Shown piece by piece: positions 8,892-18,606 of a stretch of DNA of 64,000 nucleotides; the first letter of the stretch is position 1, and every line of letters begins with the position of its first letter. Source of the DNA: an uncultured Gemmatimonadota bacterium (GTDB taxonomy: Bacteria; Gemmatimonadota; Gemmatimonadetes; Palauibacterales; Palauibacteraceae); the NCBI GenBank assembly GCA_964509895.1, contig CAZDZJ010000006.1, positions 2,523 through 66,522 on the forward strand, written 5' to 3'. The notes below the pieces were generated by a model that ran no database searches, was not told the DNA's origin, and was given only the letters and a program-made list of their open reading frames with translations. Position numbers and translations under genes: made by a program.

Positions 8892-10328
8892 ATGACTGAA
8901 ATCGCTCTCCAGGAAGTCGGTACGTACGGCTTCGCCTCGCTTCTCCCTCCGCTGCTGGCCATCGGGCTCGCGATCTACACCCGCCAGGTCTTTCTCTCCC
9001 TGGCCGCGGGCATCTGGCTGGGGCACACGATTCTCTCCGGATGGAACCCCGCTGCGGGCGCCGCGAGCGCGATCGATGGAGCCATCGGCGTGCTCGGAGA
9101 CCCGGGGAATGCGCGGGTGATCGTCTTCACCTTCCTCATCGGCGCGCTCATCGCCACGGTCGAGGCGAACGGCGGCATGCGGGGCTTCGTGCGATGGGTC
9201 GAGGAAGCCCGCTGGGTGACGAACGCCCGGCGCGCCCAGATCATGGCGTGGCTGATCGGGATCGTCGTCTTCATCGAATCGAACCTCACGATCCTCGTCG
9301 CGGGCTCCGTGTCCCGGCCCCTCTTCGACCGCTTCAGGATCTCCCGCGAAAAGCTGGCCTACATCGTCGACTCGACCTCGGCGCCCGTGTGCATCCTCAT
9401 CCCCTTCAACGCGTGGGGCGCGCTCGTGCTCGGAATCCTGACCGAGCAGAGCGTGGGCAATCCGCTCGGCGTCTTTCTCCTCGCGATTCCGCTGAACCTG
9501 TACGCTGTGACGGCCCTCATCCTCGCGGGGCTGACCGCCTTCCGGGGCTGGAACTGGGGCCCGATGAAGAAGGCCGAGGCGCGCACGCGCGAAGGACGCC
9601 TCCACTGGGAGCACGCCGTGGCGCTCGCCGACCCGGAAGAGATTGCGCCGCCGCCGGCCGAGGATGTGGTCCTCAAGCCGCGCAACATGCTCATCCCGAT
9701 CGCGGCCATGGTCGTCTCCATGCCGGTCTTCATGTGGATCACGGGGGACGGATCCATCGCGGACGGGTCGGGCACGACGAGCGTCCTGTGGGCGGTGCTC
9801 GTGGGGTTGGCGCTGTCCTGGGTGCTCGCCCTGGCCCACCGCTCGCTCGATATCGAGGCGTTGAGCCGTGTCGGTCTGAAGGGGGCCGGCGCGCTCACCG
9901 GCATGGCCGTCGTCCTTTGGCTCGCACTGTCGCTGGGCGATGTGACGGGGTCGCTGGGTACCGGGCTGTACGCGGCGGGCGTCGTGGGAGACACGTTTCC
10001 CCTCATGGTGCTGCTCCCGCTCGTGTTCGTCGTAACGAGCGGGATCGCCTTCGCCACCGGCAGCAGCTGGGGCACGTTCGCGATCATGCTCGCGGTGGCC
10101 ATTCCGCTCGCGAGCGCGCTCGGCCTGCCGCCCGCACCCTTTGTGGCGGCCGTGCTCTCGGGCGGCATCTTCGGCGACCACTGCAGCCCGATCAGCGACA
10201 CCACGATCATCGCGTCGCTCGCGTCGGCCACGGACCACATCGAGCACGTTCGCACACAGATCCCCTACGCGCTCGTCGCCGGAGGGATCGCTACGGTGGG
10301 CTTCGCCGTCGTCGGGGCGCTGATGTGA
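8892..10328 (+). CDS. Na+/H+ antiporter NhaC-family membrane transporter
   Basis: ATG at 8892 lies 6 nt after GGAGG. The 478-aa polytopic membrane protein has an NhaC-type N-terminus (SLLPPLLAIGLAIYTRQV) and C-terminal block (GGIFGDHCSPISDTTI). Confidence 0.75.
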   Translation: MTEIALQEVGTYGFASLLPPLLAIGLAIYTRQVFLSLAAGIWLGHTILSGWNPAAGAASAIDGAIGVLGDPGNARVIVFTFLIGALIATVEANGGMRGFVRWVEEARWVTNARRAQIMAWLIGIVVFIESNLTILVAGSVSRPLFDRFRISREKLAYIVDSTSAPVCILIPFNAWGALVLGILTEQSVGNPLGVFLLAIPLNLYAVTALILAGLTAFRGWNWGPMKKAEARTREGRLHWEHAVALADPEEIAPPPAEDVVLKPRNMLIPIAAMVVSMPVFMWITGDGSIADGSGTTSVLWAVLVGLALSWVLALAHRSLDIEALSRVGLKGAGALTGMAVVLWLALSLGDVTGSLGTGLYAAGVVGDTFPLMVLLPLVFVVTSGIAFATGSSWGTFAIMLAVAIPLASALGLPPAPFVAAVLSGGIFGDHCSPISDTTIIASLASATDHIEHVRTQIPYALVAGGIATVGFAVVGALM

Positions 10329-11707
10329 ATCAGGTCCTGCCCGTCTCATGGACCGATAGCGGCGGGAGGGGGCAGGTCGGCGGACTCGATCTGACGGATG
10401 TCGCCGCGCGCTTCGGCACGCCGCTGGTCGTCGTCGACGAACGCCATCTCGAGGACCGCCTCGCTCGCTTTCGCGCCGCGTTCGGCCCGGATGCGCGACT
10501 GACGTACGCCGGCAAGGCCTTCCTCTGCGGCGCGCTGGTCCGACTCCTGGAGCGAGAGGGCTGGCTCGTGGATGTCGTGTCCGGCGGAGAACTCGAACTC
10601 GTGCGCCGGACCGGCTTCCCGATGCATAACGTCATCCTGCACGGCAATGCCAAGTCGGTTGACGAACTGGAGCGTGCCATCGCGTACGGGGTGGGCCGGA
10701 TCGTCCTCGACCATCCGGAGGAGGTCGATGACCTCCGGCGAGCCGCGGCCGCCGTCGGCTCGGCTCATCGTCCCGACGTCCTTCTGCGCCTGAACGTGGC
10801 CCTGACCCCCGACACCCACGAGAAGGTGCGGACCGTGGGGCCGGGCGCGCACTTCGGGATGTCGCCGCCCGCTGCCGCGGCCGTTGCGCGCCGGATCGTG
10901 GGCGGGGGGGAGTGGCGGCTGGCGGGCGTCCACATTCACGCGGGCAGCCAGATCCGCGACCCCGGGCTCTTCTCCCGGGTCGCGGCGGCCGCCGTGGACT
11001 TCGTGGCCCCGCTGCGGCGCTGTTTCCCCGGGACGGTGGATCTGGATCTCGGGGGAGGACTCGCCGCCCCTTACCGTGCCTGCGATGAGGTCCTGTCCCC
11101 GCGGGACTACGCCGAAGCCCTGGCGGCCGGCCTCCGCGAATCCGGCGCGGAGGAGCGGCTCGGCTCGTATCGGCTACTCGTCGAGCCGGGACGGTCCGTG
11201 ATCGCCAACGCCGGCCTCACGCTCTACACGGTGCACGCGCGCAAGCGTCTCGACGGGGCGGAGGAGGCGCTGGCGGTGGACGGCGGGCTCTCGGACAACC
11301 CGCGACCGTCGCTGTACGGCGCGAGCTACGAGGTGCTCAACGTCTCGATGGCCGGCGGGGCGGCCGACCGGGCCTTCCGCGTGGTGGGACGGCACTGCGA
11401 GTCCGGCGACGTGATCTCGCCGTCGGCGATGCTGCCCGGCGGGACCGGCGTGGGCGACGTGCTGGCGATCCCGGGCACGGGCGCCTACGTGTTCGCGATG
11501 TCGAGCCGGTACAACGGGGTCGGACGCCCGGCCGTCGTCTTCGTGCGGGACGGTTCGGCGCGGGAGGTGGTCCGCCGCGAGACGGACGACGATCTCCTGG
11601 CGTGCGACCTCGCACTCGGCGCCCCGAAGCGGGCCCGCGGCGACGGCCCGGTCAGCGGCGACGGCCCGGTCAGCGCCGCCGCAGTTCGGCCGTCGCGAGC
11701 ACGCTGA
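10325..11707 (+). CDS. lysA: Diaminopimelate decarboxylase
   Basis: GTG at 10325 overlaps the nhaC-like stop (GTGA). Blocks FGTPLVVVDE, YAGKAF, VSGGELE, HIHAGSQI, EPGRSVIANAG, GRHCESGD and GAY..MSSRYN are typical group IV PLP decarboxylase/LysA. An unusual C-terminal extension carries a GDGPVS duplication. Confidence 0.9.
   Translation: MNQVLPVSWTDSGGRGQVGGLDLTDVAARFGTPLVVVDERHLEDRLARFRAAFGPDARLTYAGKAFLCGALVRLLEREGWLVDVVSGGELELVRRTGFPMHNVILHGNAKSVDELERAIAYGVGRIVLDHPEEVDDLRRAAAAVGSAHRPDVLLRLNVALTPDTHEKVRTVGPGAHFGMSPPAAAAVARRIVGGGEWRLAGVHIHAGSQIRDPGLFSRVAAAAVDFVAPLRRCFPGTVDLDLGGGLAAPYRACDEVLSPRDYAEALAAGLRESGAEERLGSYRLLVEPGRSVIANAGLTLYTVHARKRLDGAEEALAVDGGLSDNPRPSLYGASYEVLNVSMAGGAADRAFRVVGRHCESGDVISPSAMLPGGTGVGDVLAIPGTGAYVFAMSSRYNGVGRPAVVFVRDGSAREVVRRETDDDLLACDLALGAPKRARGDGPVSGDGPVSAAAVRPSRAR
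11639..11674. repeat. Perfect 2 x 18-bp tandem duplication
   Basis: ggcgacggcccggtcagc occurs at 11639-11656 and again at 11657-11674. It encodes GDGPVS-GDGPVS in the lysA tail, and the second copy contains the stop codon (11670-11672) of the convergent aminopeptidase gene. Confidence 0.95.
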
Positions 11708-13592
11708 CGTCGGGGTCGAATCGCAGCCCCTCGGCCCCGGCCGCGTCGGGAATCGTCAGCGTTGCCTCCCGCGCATCGAGGCGTACGCTCGCCCGCCGGC
11801 CCTCGACTCCGCCGCCCTCGACCAGGAAGTCGAGGTCGAGCGTGAACACCGGCCATTCGGCCGGCTGGACCTGGCGGATCGTGAGCACGAGATCCTCCGC
11901 CTCCGCCCCCCATTCCACGTCGAGTCGGGGATGCCCGGGCCCGTGGACCCACTGGTCGAAGAACCAGCCGAGGTCGCGGCCTGAAGCCCGCTCGAACGCC
12001 GCCCGCACGTCCGAGGTCAGGGCCACGCCGTGGAGATGGCGGGCGTAGTAGTCCCGAATCCCGCGGACGAAGGCTTCGTCCCCGATGTGATCGCGCAGCA
12101 TGTGGAGAACCCAGGCGCCCTTCTGGTAGTTGTTGCGGTTCAGCAGGTCGAAGAGCTGATTCGAACTCGAGTCGACGATCGCCTGTCCCACGACATCCGA
12201 CCCCGTGGCGACCTCGCGGCTCGCGCTCATGAGCGCCCGGAACGTCTCGATGCCATCCCGCGCCTCGAAATAGAGCGGGCCGAAGTAGCTCGCGAATCCT
12301 TCGCTGACCCAGAGGTGGCTCCATGACCCCGGGCTCACCGCGTCGCCGAACCACTGGTGCGCGGTCTCGTGCGCGATCACGCCCTCGCCCATCCGGCGCT
12401 CCTCCCAGGCGCCTCGCCCGTAGAAGATCGCGCTCGAGTTCTCCATGCCTCCGAAGCGGGTCGACGACTCCACGTGTGCGAGCTTCTCGTACGGATAGGG
12501 TCCGATGAGTTCGCTGTAGAAGTCGAGCATGTCCGGGGCGCGCGAGAAGCGCTCGGCTCCGTAGTCGCCATCGCCCGCCAGCGCCCACACGGACACGGCG
12601 GCGCATGCCTCGCCGCCTCCCTCGCGGAGGGGCGCCGCCGGCGAGAGCCCGCAGGCCGCCTCGCCCAGGGGACGACGCTCGAAGCGGGCCATGCCCACGA
12701 CCATGGTGTAGGAGGGGATCGGCGCGCCGGGATCCGTCTCCCAGACCCACAGCATCCCCCCGTCGGGTCCCGGGTCCGTCTCCACCAGACGCCCGTTTGC
12801 GATGACCTCGTACCCTTCCGGCACCAGCACCTCGAAGCGGACCGTGGCCTTGTCCAGAGGATGATCGTTGGAGGGAAACCACCACCGGGCGCGGTTGGGC
12901 CAGTTGTCCGCGAATACGGCCGGCTCCCCGTCGCGATCCTCGCCGAAGAAGAGGCCGTTCTCCGGAGCTCCGCCGTATTCGATGCGGATCTCCCGCTCCG
13001 TCGCGGCGCCGGACGGCTCGAACGGACCCACCGTGAACACCGAGCCGCCTCGCCCGAAGTCGACGGGCCGGCCGTCGATCGTCACGGCCCCGACATCGAG
13101 CCCGATGAAGTCGAGGTCCACGCGATCCGCTCCCGCGGCGAGTTCGCCCCTGATCGTCGCAACGGCCGAGAAGGCGCCCGAGGCCGGACGTGAGAGGTCG
13201 AGTTCAAGCACATAGTGCGCGATATCGAAACCGGCGCGGTCCATCGGGTGTCGGAGTTCCATCCCCGGCTCCGGAGTCAGCGAGGAGACCTCGAGCGTCG
13301 CCTGATCAGCCGGAATCCGGGGCGGACGCGGTCCTTCCGGAGCCGGTCGGCAGCCGCCCGGGAGGGCCGCGAGGAGGCACACGACGAGCGCGGCGCGGCG
13401 CGGCAGCGTCCGTGCGGGTCCCCTTCCCGCTTGCGAAGCGACTTCCCGTGCCCCACCGTGGCGGCGCATGCTGCGTCGGGCGATGGCCCGGCGTCCGTCC
13501 GATTCCCTCGCGAAATGAAGTCCGGTCATCGCACTCGCTTTCGAAGAAACTCCGGTCTTTCGCGCGGTCCGCCCCCCGGGATCCGCGTTCAT
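11670..13592 (-). CDS. M1 family zinc aminopeptidase (aminopeptidase N-like), probable lipoprotein
   Basis: GGMENSS (GAMEN-type exopeptidase motif) and HETAHQWFG-x18-WVSEGFASY (HEXXH+E). The N-terminus carries a hydrophobic segment ending LPGGC. The true start may be an internal ATG at 13529 or 13469. Confidence 0.88.
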   Translation of the reverse strand: MNADPGGRTARKTGVSSKASAMTGLHFARESDGRRAIARRSMRRHGGAREVASQAGRGPARTLPRRAALVVCLLAALPGGCRPAPEGPRPPRIPADQATLEVSSLTPEPGMELRHPMDRAGFDIAHYVLELDLSRPASGAFSAVATIRGELAAGADRVDLDFIGLDVGAVTIDGRPVDFGRGGSVFTVGPFEPSGAATEREIRIEYGGAPENGLFFGEDRDGEPAVFADNWPNRARWWFPSNDHPLDKATVRFEVLVPEGYEVIANGRLVETDPGPDGGMLWVWETDPGAPIPSYTMVVGMARFERRPLGEAACGLSPAAPLREGGGEACAAVSVWALAGDGDYGAERFSRAPDMLDFYSELIGPYPYEKLAHVESSTRFGGMENSSAIFYGRGAWEERRMGEGVIAHETAHQWFGDAVSPGSWSHLWVSEGFASYFGPLYFEARDGIETFRALMSASREVATGSDVVGQAIVDSSSNQLFDLLNRNNYQKGAWVLHMLRDHIGDEAFVRGIRDYYARHLHGVALTSDVRAAFERASGRDLGWFFDQWVHGPGHPRLDVEWGAEAEDLVLTIRQVQPAEWPVFTLDLDFLVEGGGVEGRRASVRLDAREATLTIPDAAGAEGLRFDPDVSVLATAELRRR

Positions 13593-13606
13593 GAGACTCT
13601 ACGCCT

Positions 13607-14827
13607 GTGAGTGAGGAGGGGCACCCCTTCGGCGAACTGGGTCTTTCGCCCGATCTCGTCGAGGCGGTGACGAGGGCGGGCTACGTCGAGCCCACCGAGA
13701 TCCAGCGCCAGGCGATCCCCGCCATCCTCGCCGGCCGCGACGTGCTCGGCACCGCTCACACGGGTACCGGGAAGACGGCGGCCTTCACGCTCCCGGCCGT
13801 GCAGCGGCTCGCGAACACCGAGCACTCCGCCGCGCCGCGAGGCCTCGTCATCACGCCGACGCGCGAACTCGCGCAGCAGGTCGCCGCCGCAGTCACGACC
13901 TACGGCGGGGTCTCCTCCATCGAATCGGTCGTCGTCCACGGCGGCACGCCGCTGGGTCCCGAAAAGGACGAACTCGCCTTCGGGTGCGATGTGCTCGTCG
14001 CCACGCCCGGCCGGCTGCTCGACCACCTCAAGCGCGGGAACGCGGACCTGTCCCGCATCGAAGTCCTCGTGCTCGACGAGGCGGATCGCATGCTCGACAT
14101 GGGGTTCATCGACGACGTGAAGGAAATCGTGCGCCAGACGCCGGACGACCGGCAGACGCTCCTCTTCTCCGCCACGATGCCCGATGGCGTGCGCTGGCTG
14201 GCCCACCAGTTGATGACGGACCCGGAAGAAGTCCAGGTGGGGCGCGAGACCGCGGCGGAAGGGATCCGGCAGATTCTCCATCCCGTCGACTGGTCGCAGA
14301 AGCACGCCCTCCTTCACCACCTGCTCGGAGAGTGGCCGGAGGGACAGGTGCTCGTCTTCACGCGCACGCGGGTAACGGCGACCTATCTCGCCGATTACCT
14401 GCGGTCGCACGATGTAGCGGTGGCGGGACTGCACGGCGGCAAGCACCAGGACCAGCGCGACAAGGCGCTGCGGCGTTTCCGGGAAGGCTCGATCCGTGTC
14501 CTCGTCGCCACGAACGTGGCCGCGAGAGGTCTGGACATCCGCGGGATCAAGCACGTCGTCAACTTCGATGTCCCCGAAGACCCCAGAGACTACGTGCACC
14601 GCGTCGGCCGCACCGCGCGCGGGGACGACACCGGCGACGCGATCACGCTCATGGCTTCGAGCGACTGGGTGGAGATCCGCGCCATCGAGCGACTCCTGGG
14701 CGAAACGATCGAGCGCCGCGTGGTCCCGGGATTCGAACCCGAACTGGAGCCGCCGCCCCCGGAGGAGCCGGAAGCCGAGCGGCCCGAACCCACCGCCCTG
14801 AGGCGCGGGATTCGGCGGCGGAGGTAG
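13607..14827 (+). CDS. rhlE: ATP-dependent DEAD-box RNA helicase
   Basis: Q-motif region F..LGL...L..A....GY..PT.IQ, Walker A AHTGTGKTAAF, PTRELA, VLDEADRMLDMGF, SAT, and the C-terminal VATNVAARGLDI and HRVGRTAR blocks. Confidence 0.92.
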   Translation: MSEEGHPFGELGLSPDLVEAVTRAGYVEPTEIQRQAIPAILAGRDVLGTAHTGTGKTAAFTLPAVQRLANTEHSAAPRGLVITPTRELAQQVAAAVTTYGGVSSIESVVVHGGTPLGPEKDELAFGCDVLVATPGRLLDHLKRGNADLSRIEVLVLDEADRMLDMGFIDDVKEIVRQTPDDRQTLLFSATMPDGVRWLAHQLMTDPEEVQVGRETAAEGIRQILHPVDWSQKHALLHHLLGEWPEGQVLVFTRTRVTATYLADYLRSHDVAVAGLHGGKHQDQRDKALRRFREGSIRVLVATNVAARGLDIRGIKHVVNFDVPEDPRDYVHRVGRTARGDDTGDAITLMASSDWVEIRAIERLLGETIERRVVPGFEPELEPPPPEEPEAERPEPTALRRGIRRRR

Positions 14828-14910
14828 CGCCGCCCCCGCTTTCGCCCCCCGCCGGGCGAGGCCCATATTCGACGGTCGGCTCGCGCGGTTCTTCCCCGGA
14901 GGATTCCATC

Positions 14911-16833
14911 ATGTCCGTCCGTACGTCTGCCGTTCCCGGTTTCCGTTCCCGCTCGCCCCGCGACTCTCGGACGCTGCCGGTCGCGGCCGCGGCCCTGCTG
15001 CTCGCGGCGCTGCCCCCGGTCATCGAGGCCCAGCGCACGGCCAAGCCGGTCCTGCACGGCCGCCACTGGATGGCGATCACCGGCAAGCCGCTCGGCGCCA
15101 CCGCCGGGGCGCGCATGTTCCACCAGGGAGGGAACGCCGTGGACGCCGCCGCCGCCATGCTCGCCGCGACCTCCACGATGTGGGACGTGCTCTCGTGGGG
15201 CGGGGAGACGCAGGCGCTCATCTATCACCCGGGAGAAGAGCGCGTCATCGGCGTCAACGCGCTCGGCGTGGCGCCGAGCGGCGCGACGCCCGACCACTAC
15301 CGCGCAGAGGGCCACGACAACTTCCCGCCCGAGTCAGGCCCGCTGTCGGCTGTGACCCCCGGTACTCCCGGCGGGCTCATGACGATGCTGGCCGAGTGGG
15401 GTCGGCTCAGCCTCGCCGACGTGCTGCGGCCCTCGATCGAGATGGCCGAAGGCTACCCGATCGAAGCCGATCCGGTGCGACGCATCCGGAGTTCCGTGGA
15501 GGAGATCCGGCAGTGGCCGACATCGATGGACGTGTACTTCACGCACCCGGAGGACGCGGAGAATCCCGGTCCGCGTGAAGGCGAGATCTTTCGGCAGCCG
15601 GGCCTCAAGCGGACGCTCGAGCGTCTCGTGGCGGCCGAAGCCGAGGCGCTGGCCGGGGGCGCGGGCCGCAAGGAGGCGATCTACGCGGCGTACGACGCCT
15701 TCTACCGGGGAGACATCGCGGCGGACTTCGTGGCGGGCGCGCAGGCGGCCGGTGCGCTCATCACGTTGGAGGACATGGCGAACTGGCAGGTCTACCTCGA
15801 GGAACCCGTCACCACGAACTACAAGGGAATCGACGTCTACAAGCTCACGACCTGGGTCCAGGGGCCCGTCATGCTCCAGGCCCTGAACATGGCCGAGCAG
15901 CTCGACCTCAAGTCCATGGGGTACAACAGCGCGAACTATCTGCACGCCCTCTATCAGGTGATGAACCTCTCCTTCGCCGACCGCGACTTCTACTACGGGG
16001 ATCCGTACTTCCCGCCCGCGGAACCGATCGAGGGACTGCTCTCGAAGGAATACGCGAAGGCCCGGCTCGAGGCGGTCGACTGGGACCGGAACGATCCGAA
16101 CGCGGGCCCGGGGGATCCCTATCCCTTCCAGGGAGAGGAGAACCCCTTCACGCATCTGCTCGAGCGCTGGGGCACGCGGGCTGCGGTCACGACGGAACAG
16201 GGGATCGAACTGTCGCTTCGGGACCATGCCGCGCTGGACGAGGACTTCTACCTGGGTACGACGTCGGTGCAGGCCGCCGACGCCGAAGGCTGGGTGGTCT
16301 CCATCACGCCCTCGGGCGCGTGGATTCCGGCGGTCATCGCCGGCGAGACGGGCATCGGTCTCTCGCAGCGCGCTCAGAGCTTCGTGCTCGACGAGGCGGA
16401 CAATCCGTACAACGTGATCGAGCCCGGGAAGCGCCCCCGCGCCACGCTCACGCCGGGCATGGCGCTCAAGGACGGACGGCCGTTCCTCTCGTTCGCGGTC
16501 CAGGGCGGAGACGGGCAGGACCAGAACCTGCTCCAGTTCTTCCTGAACGTGGTGGAGTGGGACATGAACGTGCAGCAGGCGGTCGAGGCGCCGAACATGA
16601 ACAGCTACCAGATGCGCGGTTCGTTCGGCGAGCACGAGACGCGTCCGGGGCGGATGCTCCTGCAGGATGCCACGCCGCCCTGGATCCGCTCGGCGCTCGA
16701 GTCCATGGGCTATGAACTGACCTTCTCGGAACGCACGTCGGGGCCGATCAACGCGATCTTCTTCGACTGGGAGAACGGGGCCTTCTGGGGCGGCTCGAGC
16801 CACCACGGCGACGACTACGGCATCGCGTGGTGA
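14911..16833 (+). CDS. ggt: Gamma-glutamyltranspeptidase family protein (secreted)
   Basis: Internal ATG at 14911 of ORF 13984..16833, with a signal-like N-terminus. It has GGNAVDAAAA and the autoprocessing-site region LGTTSVQAADAEGWVVSITPS typical of GGT/Ntn hydrolases. Confidence 0.85.
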   Translation: MSVRTSAVPGFRSRSPRDSRTLPVAAAALLLAALPPVIEAQRTAKPVLHGRHWMAITGKPLGATAGARMFHQGGNAVDAAAAMLAATSTMWDVLSWGGETQALIYHPGEERVIGVNALGVAPSGATPDHYRAEGHDNFPPESGPLSAVTPGTPGGLMTMLAEWGRLSLADVLRPSIEMAEGYPIEADPVRRIRSSVEEIRQWPTSMDVYFTHPEDAENPGPREGEIFRQPGLKRTLERLVAAEAEALAGGAGRKEAIYAAYDAFYRGDIAADFVAGAQAAGALITLEDMANWQVYLEEPVTTNYKGIDVYKLTTWVQGPVMLQALNMAEQLDLKSMGYNSANYLHALYQVMNLSFADRDFYYGDPYFPPAEPIEGLLSKEYAKARLEAVDWDRNDPNAGPGDPYPFQGEENPFTHLLERWGTRAAVTTEQGIELSLRDHAALDEDFYLGTTSVQAADAEGWVVSITPSGAWIPAVIAGETGIGLSQRAQSFVLDEADNPYNVIEPGKRPRATLTPGMALKDGRPFLSFAVQGGDGQDQNLLQFFLNVVEWDMNVQQAVEAPNMNSYQMRGSFGEHETRPGRMLLQDATPPWIRSALESMGYELTFSERTSGPINAIFFDWENGAFWGGSSHHGDDYGIAW

Positions 16834-16857
16834 GGGGCGCGGGCTGACGGCCGGCCG

Positions 16858-18606
16858 CTACTCGCCCCGCTCCATCACGTCGAACAGGTCGTATCGCGCG
16901 GGTGCGCCGCTCGAACCGTCCGCGCGCCCGGACGCGTCCCGGCGGGCGTCTCCGTCCCCTTCGGCGGGGCGGAGTTCGTCGGGATCGGCCGGCCGCCGCA
17001 GGTGCCAGTCCGTCGCCCGCTGGTACGCCGCAATGACCGAAAGCAGGTGGTGCTCCGCGTAGGGCTCCGCGCCGAACATGCCTCCGATGGGCCTCGGGTG
17101 GCCGGTCGATTCCGTCTCGAAGCCGATGGGGAAGCCGATGAGGGGCAGCCCCACCATGTCGAAGGGGTAGGGCGCCGTCTGCGTCACGAGGTCGCAGCGG
17201 CTGAACACGTCCTCCAGGATCTCCCCGAGGAGAACGAGCCGCGCCCTCGATCCACGCACGTATTCCGCCGCGGGAAGGAGCAGCCCGTTGATCCAGGGCG
17301 CCAGAGAGACGCCGAACTTCCCGACGTCTTCCCGCAGGTGTTCGAGGAAGATCTCGGAGCGCTCCGGAAGCCGCACGTTGTTGAAGTTGACGCTGGTCAG
17401 CGTCTCCCACTGGGCGGGGAAGTCGATTTCGACGACCTCGGCGCCCAGGTCTTCGAGCGTCGCGAGCATCCCGCGCCGCGCCTCGACCGTCGCCAGTTCC
17501 CGGCGGTAGGCCTCCTGCGAGCGCTCCCGCCGGGGGAACGAACTGCCGATGCGGTCGACATCGGGATCCGGTTCGGGTTCCGGGTCCGTCGGGGGCTCGG
17601 GTTCATCGAGGAACCCCGGCAGGACACCGATCCGCACGGCCCCCCCGCGCTCCGGATGGATGAGCGCCCGGTCGCTTTCCCGCACCGCCGCCAGGTAGTC
17701 CGGGACCGGCGGGAGGCCGAGGGACCTGGGGTCCGCCGCGTCGGGCCCCGCCATCACCTCCAGCATCAGCGCCGCGTCGACCGCGTCCCGGGCAAGCGGC
17801 CCCGGGTGGTCGCGCGTGTAGGTCAGCGGGAGGATCCCGTGGAGCGAGACGCGGCCCATCGTCGGCTTGATGCCGGTCAGCCCCTGCGCGTTCGAAGGGT
17901 TCGTGATGGAGCCGCCCGTCTGGGTCCCCGTGCTGGAGGCGGCCATGCGCCCCGCCACCGCCGTCGCCGACCCGCTGGAGGACCCACCCGGACTCACGTT
18001 CTCGTGGTGCGGGGCCCAGGCGTTCACCGTCGTCCGCTCCCCGGTGGGCGTTGAGGCCGCCGTCGTCGCGAGCGGTCCCATCTGCGTCTTCCCGAGCAGG
18101 ATCGCGCCCGCATCGCGAAGCCGCGCCCACGAGGTCGCGTCGAAGTCCGGGACGAAATCCTCGAAGATGAACGAGTTCGCGGTCGTTCGGACCCCCGCCG
18201 TGAAGTAGTTGTCCTTGATGGCGAGCGGAACGCCGGTGAGCGGTCCCCGGCCCCGAGCCTGGTCGGCGGCCCGGGCGGACTCCAGGGCGACCCGGGAAAC
18301 GACGGTGTTGAACGCCTGATAGCGGGGGTCCCAGCGCCCGATCCGCGCGAGATACGCCTCTACGAGTTCGACCGCGCCCACGTCGCCGTCGCGCAGGAGC
18401 CGCGAGGCCTCCGCGAGGGTGAGTTCCGTCAGATCCGTCGGCTGCGGACGGCTGCCCGGGGGGATCGCCAGTCGTTCGGGACGGCTTCGGCGCCGCGTGG
18501 CGGGCTGGACGGTTTCGGTCGCGCCCAGCGATGTGGGCGCCGCGATGGCCGTCGCGGTCAGCGCCGTCATCCGCTCGAGGAAGCGGCGCCGATTAAACTC
18601 ACCCAC
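16858..18606 (-). CDS. Amidase-signature (AS) family amidase with twin-arginine signal peptide
   Basis: MGEFNRRRFLERMTALTATAIAAP is a Tat-type signal. GGSSSGSATAVAG....TQTGGSITNPS is the Gly/Ser-rich amidase signature containing the catalytic Ser. Confidence 0.9.
   Translation of the reverse strand: MGEFNRRRFLERMTALTATAIAAPTSLGATETVQPATRRRSRPERLAIPPGSRPQPTDLTELTLAEASRLLRDGDVGAVELVEAYLARIGRWDPRYQAFNTVVSRVALESARAADQARGRGPLTGVPLAIKDNYFTAGVRTTANSFIFEDFVPDFDATSWARLRDAGAILLGKTQMGPLATTAASTPTGERTTVNAWAPHHENVSPGGSSSGSATAVAGRMAASSTGTQTGGSITNPSNAQGLTGIKPTMGRVSLHGILPLTYTRDHPGPLARDAVDAALMLEVMAGPDAADPRSLGLPPVPDYLAAVRESDRALIHPERGGAVRIGVLPGFLDEPEPPTDPEPEPDPDVDRIGSSFPRRERSQEAYRRELATVEARRGMLATLEDLGAEVVEIDFPAQWETLTSVNFNNVRLPERSEIFLEHLREDVGKFGVSLAPWINGLLLPAAEYVRGSRARLVLLGEILEDVFSRCDLVTQTAPYPFDMVGLPLIGFPIGFETESTGHPRPIGGMFGAEPYAEHHLLSVIAAYQRATDWHLRRPADPDELRPAEGDGDARRDASGRADGSSGAPARYDLFDVMERGE

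Noticed and set aside
10200-10330. A lysine riboswitch upstream of lysA.
   Set aside because: The lysA start overlaps the stop of the preceding transporter gene, which leaves no leader.
9041-11707. An 888-aa ORF spanning the nhaC-like gene and lysA. The same pattern occurs at 2669..4132, 13984..16833, 19191..20678, 32934..37007, 42519..45341 and 60188..63616.
   Set aside because: The N-terminal portions are off-frame reads through the preceding gene and are Arg/Pro-rich with no motifs. Family homology begins at internal start codons that coincide with the upstream stop, so I trimmed them.
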